Shown here: positions 1-12,599 of the stretch, one piece after another | How the letters are laid out: each line of letters opens with the position of its first letter | Numbering within the stretch: position 1 is the stretch's first letter | Assembly (NCBI GenBank): GCA_051362555.1 | Contig: CM120640.1 | Coordinates: forward strand, 48,834,788-48,898,787 | DNA from: Lingula anatina | Taxonomy: Eukaryota; Animalia; Brachiopoda | Direction: 5' to 3' | DNA: 64,000 nucleotides | Translations under genes and position numbers: made by a program | The notes under the pieces: generated by a model | What the model was told of the DNA's origin: nothing | Database searches by the model: none | What the model saw: only the letters and a program-made list of their open reading frames with translations

Positions 1-1189
1 TGTTTTACAGTTATATAGTAAAGAAAAAAATGAAAATGTTTTTTTCTTAGAAATTTCAGCAATTTTCTTAATATCACTAAAATCCATTGGGAAAATGATT
101 ATCTGTAAATTTGTTTTCCAACTCTTGTATTTGGATATGGTATAGTATGGTGATGGTATAAAAGGAAATGCATTGAAATTTCTTGGAAAATATTTTTTTA
201 GTTATATTAAGGTCTTAACCTCACTGTGAGACTTAATTGTTAGATGCCAAGTATTGCAGTTAAAAACATTCACAGATTTTTGATGACTCTGTACACAGCA
301 CATCCACCAGGTCAAGCCATAAAAGCTACGCAGTTTCCTTGCTTAGAGCTATACAACAACACCTGTCCTGTATTGGCCTGCTTGGCTTGCATGCCTGGTG
401 TCACAGAAAGCAGGCAATTTTTTAGGCGACTGATTGGATCCATGGGATGGGCAGCCAATATATGGTAAGTCACAAAGGGAGGAGATGAGATTTTTGTTGT
501 CAGTTAGTTGAAGTTGTCACCATTACTCTGTGGCAGTGAGTGAGGATGGGCACCATATATGTAAGGTGAGTTAGCTATAGTCTACTGTTCGTTTGCTATA
601 AAATAGGATGAGCATTAGCAAATTCGAAAGAAAGAATGATGGAAAATAGCAAAAGTAACAAATAATTTTCAGTTATTTCCTCCTGATTTAAAAAAAAAAT
701 TGAAAACTCAATTTAGAAAAAAGAAAAAAAACATTGTACATTACACTGGTATATATTCTCAAGTTGGGGTTTTGGAGTAAATAAATTATAAAGTTTTACA
801 ACTTTCAGAAAACTCAAACCATGTAATTCATTTTATATGCCAGTTTTTTCATGGAATTTTCACAATTTATCCAAAGCTGGTAAGATGTTGAAGAAGGATA
901 TGATATATTGATATTGTACAGTTTTGGATTTGATAGTCCACTGAGAAAATGAAAGTTGATAAGTTACTGGGAGTTAATAAGTGAGATGGCATGTTATCAT
1001 TTTACTAGATTTTCGATGGAGAAATTGGATTTACTAAACATGTCCAGTGCATATCACTATAGATATCAGCATTTTCTTTGTTCAAAAAGTGGTTCTATGA
1101 TACTTTTTAATGTAAGTAAACTTGACATTGACACTGAACACAATGAGGATAATTTGTGTAACTAAAAGGGGCCTTAGCAATAGTAGGGT

Positions 1190-1313
1190 TCAATAGTCTG
1201 AAGGTTCATTGGTCCGAATGTTCACTAGAGAACCTTTGGACCAATGAACCCTTGATTTAAAAACCGATGAAAATGTTACCATTTTTTGGACCAATGAACC
1301 TTTAGACTATTGA
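1190..1313. mobile_element. Small MITE-like inverted-repeat element
   Basis: tcaatagtctgaaggttcattggtcc (1190-1215) is the reverse complement of ggaccaatgaacctttagactattga (1288-1313) with 1 mismatch; a third ggaccaatgaacc copy lies inside. Confidence 0.6.
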
Positions 1314-1499
1314 GATGTCCTCAATAGAAAGGGACAAACATGGACAGTAAAAGATGGTCATCAGTGATCATCTCCGTTTAACTGGTTCCTGTCATGCAAT
1401 GCTCTCATCTTGAGGTAATGTCTTCTCATTTGTTTATAACATACAAGGAGATTTAAGGCTTTATAAGTCACCCCAGATAACCCTAAATGTCATGACTTA

Positions 1500-1698
1500 G
1501 GGTGTATTCCCAGACACAATCTATCCTCGTGGGGAGCCTCACTAGATTACTGTCAGATAATCTGGCTTAAATGTCCGTCCTGCCTACTACAAGCTGTAAG
1601 GGGTAATTAACTTTCGTGCCCGCTCGGCTATTTAGCGTGAACTCCCAGGGAGTTAGGTCGATCTAGTTTGGATCGATCTAATCTCTGGGAATGGGGTC
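1500..1698. mobile_element. Degenerate PIF/Harbinger-like MITE
   Basis: Imperfect TIRs sharing attcccaga (gggtgtattcccaga ... tctgggaatggggtc), flanked on both sides by TTA (3-bp TWA-type TSD); more CpG than the flanks. Confidence 0.4.
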
Positions 1699-1874
1699 TT
1701 AGAATAAAATCTGCCCAGAGTATGGTCAGAAATGATGGCAGACTGGCAGTTGCTGTCCATCTAAGAAATAAAAGCCAACAGGATTCATTCAGAGACACAT
1801 ATATTTATATGTATTCTCATAAATTCTATCAAGTTAATATTGCACAACAGTACAAATCTTCATGCTTTGGATGT

Positions 1875-3251
1875 GGGCCATTCCATGGTACCGGGTATTT
1901 GGTCCGCAGACCTCAAAATTAAAAAAAAGAATCCTACTTATAAAACTTATATTTTCTGAAACCAGACACCTTAAGAGACCAGAATTCAAAAGAAATTTTA
2001 GGTTTTGATGATTAATTTTGATTTTATTGACACTTTTATCTGGAAAACTTATAAAATAGTATTACGGAAGGACATTTTTATTTCTGATATATTTTTCATA
2101 ATAGTCATCATTTTAAACAATAAAGGCTAAATACATTAAATATAACTTATTTCTTACATTAAGTCAAGTGCATTAGATAAAAAAAATATTTGATTATAAA
2201 ATTATGGATTAATTAATATCAATTTGTCCTTCCGTAACATTTTTGGTACCTATTTTTTAAGTTTTCTCAGTAACTACAAAAGCTAAAAACTTATAACTTC
2301 ATATTCTCCTCAACCATGATATGGGCCAACAAAATACAAAAACATTTTTGCTTAGAACCACTTCGATAAGAAATTAAATCCAAATTTATAAGCATTAAAC
2401 ATGACACCTAGCACATATGAGGCATTTTGATTGGACAATAACAGGTCATGTGACCAATGAGCCCTAAACCTTTATGACTTTGAAGATAATCTTGAACTTA
2501 AATGCACAATTATTATATATAGAAGCATTTTTAAATTGAGAAACATTTCATTTGAATGAATAATTCTGAAGTTATTATAATTTAGACAATTGATTATATT
2601 TATAATTAATAAATTTGGTAAGATTTTCTCTTACTGAGTAAATGTCCCAATATTATTTAAAGAGCAGAGCAAATGAGGACTTATATTATAGTAAAAAATA
2701 GTAGCATGTTTGAAGATGAAATATATTACCATGGAAAGACATGTTTACCTTTGATATTATCCATCAAACTTATGCTGGTATGTATTCATAAAATATTATT
2801 ATTAGCCTTGTTTTACATTTTATTTAGCAATGGACAAAACGTCCTTCCGAGACGCATCCTTCTGTAACACCTACTTGATTTTTTTATATGCAAAATTTTC
2901 AAATTTATTTTTTTTCCAAAAAAAAATTTTTATGTATTGAGAAAGTAAAATAATCAAATATTCATATTTTGAATTGACTTTAAAAATATCTCCACAGATA
3001 GAGCAGAGTTTTGGTGTTGAAGTTGAAAGTTAAAATTCCATGTCCATTTCACGTCCTTCCGAGCCGCTATTTATTATAATTTTTTCGTAACTATAATTTT
3101 TTAAACCTAATTTTTTGCCTAATTATAACTTATATATAGAGGAATAAACATACCAAAAATGGACCTTCTAACTTTTTTACTTTTTTTAATATTTTCATTT
3201 GAAGTGTCAAATGTCCTTCCATAACAGCAAAAAAATACCACGGAATGGCCC
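1875..3251. mobile_element. Non-autonomous DNA transposon, Sola2-like
   Basis: TIRs gggccattccatggta / taccacggaatggccc; 4-bp TSD ATGT at 1871-1874 and 3252-3255; repeated internal gtccttcc motifs; no ORF. GRG termini plus a 4-bp TSD fit Sola2 (family assignment is inference). Confidence 0.7.
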
Positions 3252-3855
3252 ATGTCACTTTTGCAATGGTTTCTAAGAAGACTTTTCTGGCACATAGAGT
3301 TTAATCATTTATGCTGAAAAGTTAAGCCTTTCTTATATAGGTTTTTTTAGTTTCAAATGACATCATACAGTGCCAGGTTTACTTTAGCCTATATCAGATG
3401 ATTTCCATTGATAAGCAAATGTAAAGTGATATGATGGAGCTATCATAATAGATGACCTTGTCATTTAACTATAAAGTTTTTTCATTTTTTCAGGAGCTTT
3501 ATAGCTCTCATTCTGTTCATATGTACAGCATGGATAAGTGTTGAAGCAGTAAATATTGGTAAATACAAATACTTTAATAAACTTTTTTCAACAATAAATA
3601 ATCTTTCAAGCGATGCTGATAAATTGAAAAACAGGAAAAAATGAACAGTATTATTGAACCTAAGGCCCCACTGATCTAATTTTCTGGATGACATCCATGA
3701 GCACATTGCTTTTCACTTGTTAGAATGAGAAAATCATTTTCTTTCACACTGAGAAAAAATCCATACTAGTATACATTCAGAATAAGACAACTAGAGTCAA
3801 AACTATGTAGTGTATCTTTTAAGTAATTGTTAATCAAAAGATTTGTATTTTCCAG

Positions 3856-4020
3856 CTGTTTACTGCAAAAACAAGATTGGTCTGTTTGCCAGCCCTGATG
3901 GTTGTGACAAGTATGTGGTGTGTTTCAATGGCTTGGGTTGGCAACAGCCATGTTTAGATGGACTCCATTTTGACAAGACAACGAAAGTGTGTACATTTGC
4001 AAGCACTGCAGGTTGCCAAG
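3856..4020 (+). CDS. Exon encoding a chitin-binding type-2 (CBM14/peritrophin-A) domain
   Basis: ttttccag|...|gtaggt, phase 1-1, 165 bp; VYCKNKIGLFASPDGCDKYVVCFNGLGWQQPCLDGLHFDKTTKVCTFASTAGC has the six-Cys CBM14 spacing and the C..GL.FD motif. Linkage to the downstream peroxidase is frame-compatible but unproven. Confidence 0.88.
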
Positions 4021-4379
4021 GTAGGTTTCCAAAAGCAGTAACAATGATTGTGGATCTAGTACCTTGACTACTTTCTCATTGGTAGCAGCATCTCACTACA
4101 GTGCCTGTTGGCTAAATTCCCATTCCATGTACAGGGATGCATTTAGCCAATATCACTGTTATTGCGGTCTTTTTTATGGTGGCTTCCTGTAATCAACCAG
4201 TTACATACAGCTCAGGTTTGGTGGAGGGAACTACTTTATTCCCACTATCAAATTTATTCCTTCTCCATGCTAATTTTAATGAGTAGTGTACTTAAGCCTT
4301 GTTTGTTTACTCTGGGCCAAAATGACTGTAGGGCTGTATTCAACATGAAAAAAACAGATTAACTTTGCTCATTTTCTTT

Positions 4380-4380
<1 letters not shown>

Positions 4381-4440
<60 letters not shown>
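4381..4440. repeat. (AT)n(AG)n compound microsatellite
   Basis: Directly visible. Confidence 0.95.
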
Positions 4441-5882
4441 CCTGTGAAACTCTGGAGTTGGGGTTGATACATGTCTTGTGTTATTTATTTATTTATTTAT
4501 GAATTTTAATTGTGCATAAAGGCTCCAGACAGTTGAGCACTCTGTACCACACACACACTTGTTTTATATATATACATCCTAACCATTAAAAAACAGTCAT
4601 GTCTTTCATGTCTTAAGTGCAAGTGTGCAAGCCCCTGACAGGGTCAATGTATAAATGTGAAAATTTTTGTTTAGGAGTAAAATTGTATAATATTTCTGGG
4701 AATGTACACTGTTTCTCAAATACCCAGTTTTATTTAATAGTTATATGAAACTTGACATTTTTTAGAGAGAAAATCATCTTTTTTTATTTTTTATTTATTT
4801 ATTTATTTATTTATTTTTTTTTTTTGCTATGGCATTTTAAAGGTGGCTTCTGGACTGAAACCCACTTATTTAAGATAAAATAACTTTATTTGATATCTGT
4901 GGGCCCAAAGTTTAATGTTATAATGGGAGAAGAAATAATCTTTCCGCACATTTCCAACAAAATTGATGCAAGTAGGCAAGTTGGTTCACTGTGTATTGGA
5001 AGCCTTCATTGAAATTAACTTGGCCTATATGTGAAGTTAAAATAAGACACACATTGTTTTCTGAAAGATTTAGATAAAAGATGAAGTATGATAGTAAGCA
5101 GAACTTTTTGATCTCAGAACTAACTGGTCCAACAACATGTACGGTATATGCATAACAATTTTCTATGCTATAACATGATGGTATTGCATGCATTGAAAAG
5201 ACAATGGCTCTTTTCACAATGTGCGTTACACATATCGTTATCAAATTACTTAGACTGGTCTTTACATGTAATATTATATAATTATGCTATATGGGGTTAC
5301 TGATCCCTTTCACAAATTTGCTTTCAGCTGCTCAGACCAATCAAAATGAAACCAGTTAACAGGCAGTGTCAAGTGCAGTCATCTTGTATATTAGTTCACC
5401 TAATCTCAGTAAATTTGAGGTTAGGTGAACTATTATAACAGTTACTGTTTAGAACGACTGGAACTGGCATGGGCATTTGATGTATGTTATGCCCAAATCA
5501 TTTGACCAGGTTTTAATAATAACATTTTCAGAAACATTGGTTAAGTTGAAAAATTCAATACTCTGCAAATTTTCATATATTCAAATAAAGTAAGTTGTTT
5601 CAAAAGTTGGCTACAACAGAAGTGCATATTGTTCACACTATTTTCCAGTATAATGCTGATGGTACATTTTCATGCATGCAGTACTTGCAGTATATCTTAA
5701 CATTTAAATTAAGTCAGTTTTTGTCCCCGCCTTTCAGAATCCAAGCTCATCAAAAAAAATCCCCAAACTATGCCATGCCATATGTTTAATTAACATATGG
5801 GAAGATGTACTGCCACCTATGTGAACAGTGATTAATAATTTTATAGTTTTAAAAATCAAAATGATTTTCACCATCTACTCCT

Positions 5883-6419
5883 TTTGCATACATGGAATTC
5901 AAATCTGGCCAGTCTGGGATTATGGCAATCACGTTGTAACTGAGGTTATTATCATATATAAATGACAATTCAAATGGAAAAAAAAGAGACATAAATCATT
6001 TTTCTAGGTGACAGATGACCCACTGAGGAAAACAAAATTTCTCATCTTTCACCTGAAAATAAAAAATTGTCTTTGTTTCTTCATGTTTTTGTCACAAGAG
6101 AAAAATGATGCATAAAGTTCTTTATCACTTTTCACTTTTCACAGATTATACATTGTTGTCATTATTCATTCTTTTTGCATGCATGGAATTCAAATTTGAT
6201 GTCATGGTAAATTATGGTAAAACTGTTGTATCTGTGGTTATTATCATATATAAATGACAATACAAATGGAAAAAATAGAGCTTAGACAATTTTTCAGTTG
6301 ACAGATGACCCACTAAGGGAAACAAAATTTCTTATCTTTTACCTGAAAATATAAAGTAGACATTGTTTCTTCATTATTTTGTCACAAGAGAAAAATGGTG
6401 CATAAAAATCTTTATATCA
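5883..6419. repeat. Diverged tandem duplication, about 290-bp period, 2 copies
   Basis: ttttgcat.catggaattcaaat...tgacagatgacccact...tttgtcacaagagaaaaatg.tgcataaa occurs at about 5883-6127 and 6173-6419. Confidence 0.85.
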
Positions 6420-8116
6420 GAAGTACTATCAGTTTTCATCTTCTTTGATTTATTGACCATTTCAAGCATTTTCCAACATTCAGGAGCAAAAACTAGAGGG
6501 CTGCTGCTTGTTCTCTTTGTCTTAATTTTTATTCTCCTTGAAGAGTTTGAAGAAATAATTGATAGTAAAAAATGTCTTGGAATAAAATGCTGTCAAGTGT
6601 CCTTTTTATTTATCAGTCTTTATAATTCATGTTTTTTCAGAGAAATGCTGTCATATGATGGTTTTATATCTACCAAACTCAAACATCTATGCATAGTATT
6701 TCACTGAGTATTTTTACAATATAAATTGTGATTTATTGTTTTCATGCAGCTGTTACATGCTGCCTGTCATCTGCTGCATGCTCAGATAATTTTTTATTAT
6801 GATGTAAGCATGACATAGAGACAGAACAGAGATAAAACACATGGTAGTGAGGATAACATCATTTTCCATTCAAAAAACCATCTATTATTGTTCTTGTTAC
6901 CTATGTCTAGAGTTTAGTTGATGGGAGACATGAAGTTCTCTGATATTGCATTTTTCCATTAAAATTTACTGATCACATAAATAATGAGTGCATTTAATTG
7001 TTATATATCAAATCTGCTGTTCATATGTTTATTGATGCATTACAGGATCAAATTAACTTAATAGTTATGTGAAGGACTGTTTGGCTACTCTGAATATTTT
7101 GATATTGATAAAGATAATATTTCATTTAACATCTCAGGCATGGAAAGTCATGTGTGTGTGTGTTTGTGTGTTTGCTAACATTATAAACCCAAAAATCTTT
7201 TACCCTTTCCAACCTACTACCAGGCAGATTAAAGCATGTAAAGTGTAATTTTATCAAACAGATGTCATTGTTATTAGTGAGCTTAATTTCTAAACTGACA
7301 TCTGAAAGCAGCACATGAACATTTGAATGCCCCACCCTAGTGTCACTTAGCAGCTGTGCATAGAAAATAGAATAAGAATAGTACATCCCAGTCTGTCACA
7401 TATGAGTAACTCTTTAAACAGGATGTAAAGTTTAACCTTCAGGCCTTATAAACGAAACAGCCTTTGGCATTCTCAAGCCTCTGGTTTGTGATTGCAAACT
7501 TCTAATAAAACTCAAACCATGATTTCATGGCTCAAACATAAAAATAGTGGTTGCAAGCACCACAATGCAAATTGTGAATCATTCATCCACTTACAGTATA
7601 TACCTGCCCACTTGGTGCCAGAGATTGTCAAGAATGCATTGCTCCGGATCCTGTATTGAAAATAGTTCAGGGCTGAGAAAACAAGCCAGTGTATGCAAAC
7701 AGTGAAAAATTCAGCTGAAAGCTGGCCAACTTGTTTGTACTCTTTTATGTGTTATCTGTTTTATATCATAAAGTTCTATATACACAGCTTTCACAATTAA
7801 TATTTCAGTTTTTTTATAGTCATGATAGCTATGGTACCATTTGAACATGAGTGTATTGTAAAATGTTCATGGTAGGAATGTTTGAAGGGACTAATAACAG
7901 ACTATCAATTTCAATGCAGTTTTCATTCAGTTGGCTCAACATTTCACATCATACAAAATTTATTGATTTTGGTTATTTTACTTAGCAACCATCATTCTAT
8001 CAAATTCTCAACCCAATGAAAATAAGTATTTTAAGATAAAAGTGAAAGAGCTTTAAAAGAGACATCCCTCCCTTTGAATTTCACTAAGTGAAAAAGAATG
8101 CTCATTATTTTTACAG

Positions 8117-8149
8117 TGCACAGCTTCTCTGCATCACAAAGAAACCAAG
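8117..8149 (+). CDS. Candidate 33-bp micro-exon of the peroxidase N-terminal region
   Basis: ttttacag|tgcac...accaag|gtgatt, phase 1-1, open (HSFSASQRNQ). Confidence 0.4.
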
Positions 8150-8236
8150 GTGATTCAAGTTGACAAAAAAGTCTACATCTACAGTCTCTTTATTTTGTGA
8201 TAACTTAAAGTTTGATTTTTATAATTTCTCCTCTAG

Positions 8237-8338
8237 TACCAGCTCCAGCAGTGGAGGTCAAGGCTGTGCCAACACTACCTCCTGCAACAACAACAACAAC
8301 AACATTGACAACTGTTACAGAACCAAAGACAGTAGATG
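8237..8338 (+). CDS. Peroxidase gene exon: Pro/Thr-rich mucin-like linker
   Basis: ctctag|...|gtaatg, phase 1-1; PAPAVEVKAVPTLPPATTTTTTLTTVTEPKTVD. Confidence 0.75.
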
Positions 8339-8696
8339 GTAATGTATTTTGCAAATTTACGTATGAACCTGTGCATGATAAATTGTGTTATGTTTTCTAT
8401 ATGTTTTATGTTTAGTAATTTAAGGCATCAGTTTTCACAAGTCATTAAATTGTGTGGTCGCCTTATTTTAAAGCTTAAAACTATTTGATTTATATTTACT
8501 AATTCATGGGGTTCAGGTTCTTAAAGTTAACTAATTGATTAAAAGTAGTGAGATACAAAATTCACTTTCCAATGAAGAGCAACATAATTAATACATATGA
8601 CATGCAAGTACATTTTGGATTGAACTCCATTTTTAGAGTAGTTATTTTAATTGTTGATAAAATGTCTATACATAATTAAAATCAGGAAATTTTCAG

Positions 8697-9656
8697 AAAT
8701 CCTCACCCAGAATACTAACATAAACAGCAGTAACTACTACAAGTATAGTGAGAATGAAAATGGTAACCTAGATGAAAAAAGTGCTGCACAGTTTGAAAAA
8801 CAAGACGATGAACTTTCTGACATTGTTTTAAATGACCATCAAGGAACTCATGGGTCTTTCTCAGGCCAAGATAGTTTACAAAACATTCCACATCCAGTGA
8901 CAAGCTTTTCTTTGCAAACGTCACCTTTTTCTACTCATCAGACAATTAATGGCAAGCCACATTTTTTACACCCAGCAGCAAAAGTTTCAATAGAGCCAGT
9001 AGGCTTTATTGGCTATCCAGCTCAGCTTGTACATAACTGGAATACAATTGATCACCAATACAGGGTTGTTCATGGATCACAATATAACCCAAAAAATATA
9101 GAAATATATCCTACTAACAACAATGGTGGTGGAGGTGGTGGTCACAGATATAACCCAAGACCTCTTGCATCAAGCAGCTTTCTACCAAAACATTCAGACC
9201 CAGGAGGACAGCTGCATCCATTTGAACAAGGAGGAGCACATGTAGGGCCAGGAACAAATAGGCAAGAAGGAGATATTGAGAGACACCATGGAGGCATAAA
9301 TAACCCACAAAGGGACATAAATAGACCACATAGGGGCAAAAATAGACCACATACAAATAAACATAGGTCTCGGAGCAGCATAAATCATACTCCCAGAGGC
9401 ACAAATAGACCTTACAGAGGCAGAAACAGACATGGCCCCCATTCTAAAAGACCACCTCCTGAGGTGTTCCAGCCCCCTGAAAATCTGAAAGGTGGTTTTG
9501 GTGGTCAAGACCAATATAATCCACCCAGTATACCTGTGTTGAAGGATATGTTCAATCTACCTGTGACACCTCCTTTTGGACCCCCACCTCACCCAGACTT
9601 TGTGGGACCACTGATAGATTTTGGGGGACCCATTCATCTTTTGTTTAATGGTGAAG
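8697..9656 (+). CDS. Peroxidase gene exon: 320-aa low-complexity Gly/His/Arg/Pro-rich region
   Basis: 960-bp open exon tttcag|aaatcc...gtgaag|gtatgg, phase 1-1, within ORF 8651..9667. Confidence 0.85.
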
Positions 9657-10232
9657 GTATGGCTTAACCATGATACACTGTACAGTAGCATTATATACAT
9701 GTTGTGCATGAAAATAGGGTTAGTCACAGAAAGGAATTTACATTAAACGCACTATTTGTCTTCAGATCTTAAGCCACTAAGAACCAAAAAACCTTTTTCA
9801 GGTTCCATTGACAAACAGAGTATATTGAAGTAAGATGATTTTGTTAAGACATACAATTGGACTTCCCCCATGTCTCTCAATGCTGCTGTCTAGGTTTCTG
9901 TTGCCTAAAGCAACTTTTTTTGAGTTTGTGTTTTGACATTTAGCTGGCAAAAATGGGTGTTCACTGTTTCGTAATGGGGAGGGCATCATTTTAAGACTGT
10001 AAATTTTGTAATTTTTGATTGGAACAAGAGGTATCATGGTAATAACTCGTAACAGAAGTTTAAGGGTTTTTTTTATTATTTTACTAAAGGCTTTGACTCC
10101 ATTTTAAAGTTATAGTCAATTAAGTTACTAATCCTTATTTGCTCTGGATGGTTTATTTACTAATGTAATAACATGCTACTTCTACATAACAAATATTCCA
10201 AATGTAACTCAACAACAACCTTCTTTCCACAG

Positions 10233-10340
10233 AGTTGGTGTCAGAAGCCCAGAGGCAATTGGATGCTGCTGCCAGGGAGTCCAGACTATACTTGGACAGT
10301 AAACTGGCAGATGAGGCCGAGAGGGTTAGGTCAGGAAGAG
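10233..10340 (+). CDS. Peroxidase gene exon (helical pro-region)
   Basis: ttccacag|...|gtaatt, phase 1-1; LVSEAQRQLDAAARESRLYLDSKLADEAERVRSGR. Confidence 0.8.
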
Positions 10341-10581
10341 GTAATTGTATTTTAATGAATATGGCTATGTTTTTTGTCATATCCATCTTATGTTCAGATC
10401 ATAAGGTCTAGTAATTTTGTTGATCTTATTCCACTAGCACATCACCATTAAACACCTAGCAAAAAGGGTCAGTGCCAAATTAAGATCATGTCTCTTTGAG
10501 AATAGGGCTAATAAGAGTGACAACATTTAACATCTAATTTTAAAATATTGATTGATTACGATTTTTTCTTAAATCTCTCAG

Positions 10582-10702
10582 GATTTGTGGATTCCAAGTC
10601 TTACCAGTATGTGTCTGCCTTCAGCAATGCCAAACCATATGTGAAACAGTTGTCTTTTGTGGCTGACATTCTGCTACAAACATGCAGGATTATCAAGGAG
10701 AG
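10582..10702 (+). CDS. Peroxidase gene exon (pro-region)
   Basis: ctctcag|...|gtgatg, phase 1-2; FVDSKSYQYVSAFSNAKPYVKQLSFVADILLQTCRIIKE. Confidence 0.82.
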
Positions 10703-11027
10703 GTGATGGTTTGAACATATGTTGATTGGATCAAATGATTATTTTTGCTTTTTGTTCTCCATGAATTAAAAGCTATTTAAAGGCTAAAAATGAAGGATGA
10801 CTTGATAATACAAAACATTGTTATCCATTGATCAGAAAGTCTCTGTTACCTGATTGAGATAGCAAATTATTTCTGAATCAGTTATATAATTATGGTTTTC
10901 ATCAATTACCTACACTTCTTAAGAAGAAGATGCACAATTAGTATATGCTGAACGTGTATTAATGCATGTATTCAAGGAATAAGCCCAGCTGATAGCTAAA
11001 AAATATAACCTTTCACTGTACCAATAG

Positions 11028-11287
11028 GTTCCACATTGACAGAAGCCAAATATTAGATGTGATGACAAGGATCCCCAGCCCAATCCCACCCAACCCCAAT
11101 GTCCACCTTCCTGACACCCCATTATCCAGACCAAGTAGGGATGTGTGTCCATACCCCAAGAACTTCCAGTGTGATGACCAGTACCGTTACAGGTCATTTG
11201 ATGGGTGCTGTAACAACCCTCAGTACCCAGGTTATGGCCGCGCTATGATACCTCATGCTAGGCTGGTGGCTCCACAGTATGGAGATG
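11028..11287 (+). CDS. Animal heme peroxidase exon (start of catalytic domain); GC donor
   Basis: Encodes CDDQYRYRSFDGCCNNPQYPGYG...RLVAPQYGDG (YRS.DG.CNN motif); the frame requires the donor g|gcaagt. Confidence 0.92.
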
Positions 11288-11643
11288 GCAAGTTAACAGT
11301 TTATGTCATGCAATGTACTGTTTTTTTTTTAAGGTTAAAGGCATTGAGCGTTAATTTGTTTTGTCAAAGAAAACCATGATCTCTTCTTAGCTACTAAGTG
11401 TCTGCATGCAATCTTAAGGTCATAAATGTACATGTAATTTGGTGTAAAAACTGGATAATAAAATATTTACATGTTTTACTAAAATTAAGAAATTTTGATG
11501 AGATCAGAAGATATTATTATAGGAATTGAATCTTTATAAAATCAAACAAAGAATATATTATCTGCCATCTTTAAAAGTAATATACTAAGCATTGCTCTTA
11601 AAGGTGTGTGAATAAAAATAATCTTATATCCATACCCTTACAG

Positions 11644-11832
11644 GTGTTGATACCCTGAGAAGAGCCAAGAATGGGCAGGAACTGCCAAGTGGACGTGAAG
11701 TGAGCCTCCGTCTGTTCCAGGATATAAACAGACCCAGTAATATCAATACCTTGATGGTAATGACCTTTGGACAGTTTGTTGACCATGACTTGAGCCGCTC
11801 AGCTGCAACCAAAATATCAGTAGAAGCAAGTG
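11644..11832 (+). CDS. Heme peroxidase exon with distal His
   Basis: LPSGREVS and FGQFVDHDL motifs; ttacag|...|gtaagt. Confidence 0.95.
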
Positions 11833-12599
11833 GTAAGTAGATTGCTTAATATAAGCTAATATCCTCATGCTCTTTCCACCTGATACAGTTTCTTTTTTAA
11901 ATCTTAACATAGTTAACAGTATTATCTCCTTGTTAGGTAATTAAAAATTAAATTTTCACTTCTCAAAGGCAAAAGTACCTTATTACAGTATCTCAAAAAC
12001 TAATGGAAATTGCATTCAATTTGTTTTTGCACAGACATTTTGCTTCACAGAAAAAACTGTTTTCACACTCCATACACCTTTAAACATGGATATCAGTATA
12101 TATGGACAGAAAGTGATGACTACCCAAGTAAATCAATCCAAGATTTTGAACTTTTGTCTACTGCAATTTTTCTATAGACCTTTCTTACTTAATTTTCCTT
12201 TTATTTGTTTATGAAATGCAATTCTAGCATAGTGCACATAATCTTTTCATTGCTTTGGAAAAAAAAATCACTTCAGTATTTTGAATTTCAATTTGGCAAA
12301 CTGTTTGATTATTTTAACTCAACATTGGTTTGTAAACCAATCAGTCTGTTACCAGTGAAAATTGTATTTTAGTGTGATATCAGAGAGAGAGAGAGAGAAT
12401 TAATTGATGACTTTTAGGATTACTGATTAATTGTGTTAAAAAATTGTCACATTCATGTGGTACGGTTATCAATTAAATCACAGTTATGTATTTTACAAAT
12501 TAAGCAACAATATACTTAAATACAATCATTCAACATTACAAAATAATTGTATACTAATAAGGAATGCAAAAGATGATTAACTAAAACTATATTTCAAAG

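Noticed and set aside
244-565. ORF 244..468 and strong + strand donors after 464 and 565 as the peroxidase start
   Set aside because: No recognisable domain or signal peptide, and no phase-1 open exon that joins 3856.
9114-9514. Cys/Leu-rich minus-strand ORFs
   Set aside because: Antisense shadows of the 21-nt coding repeats.
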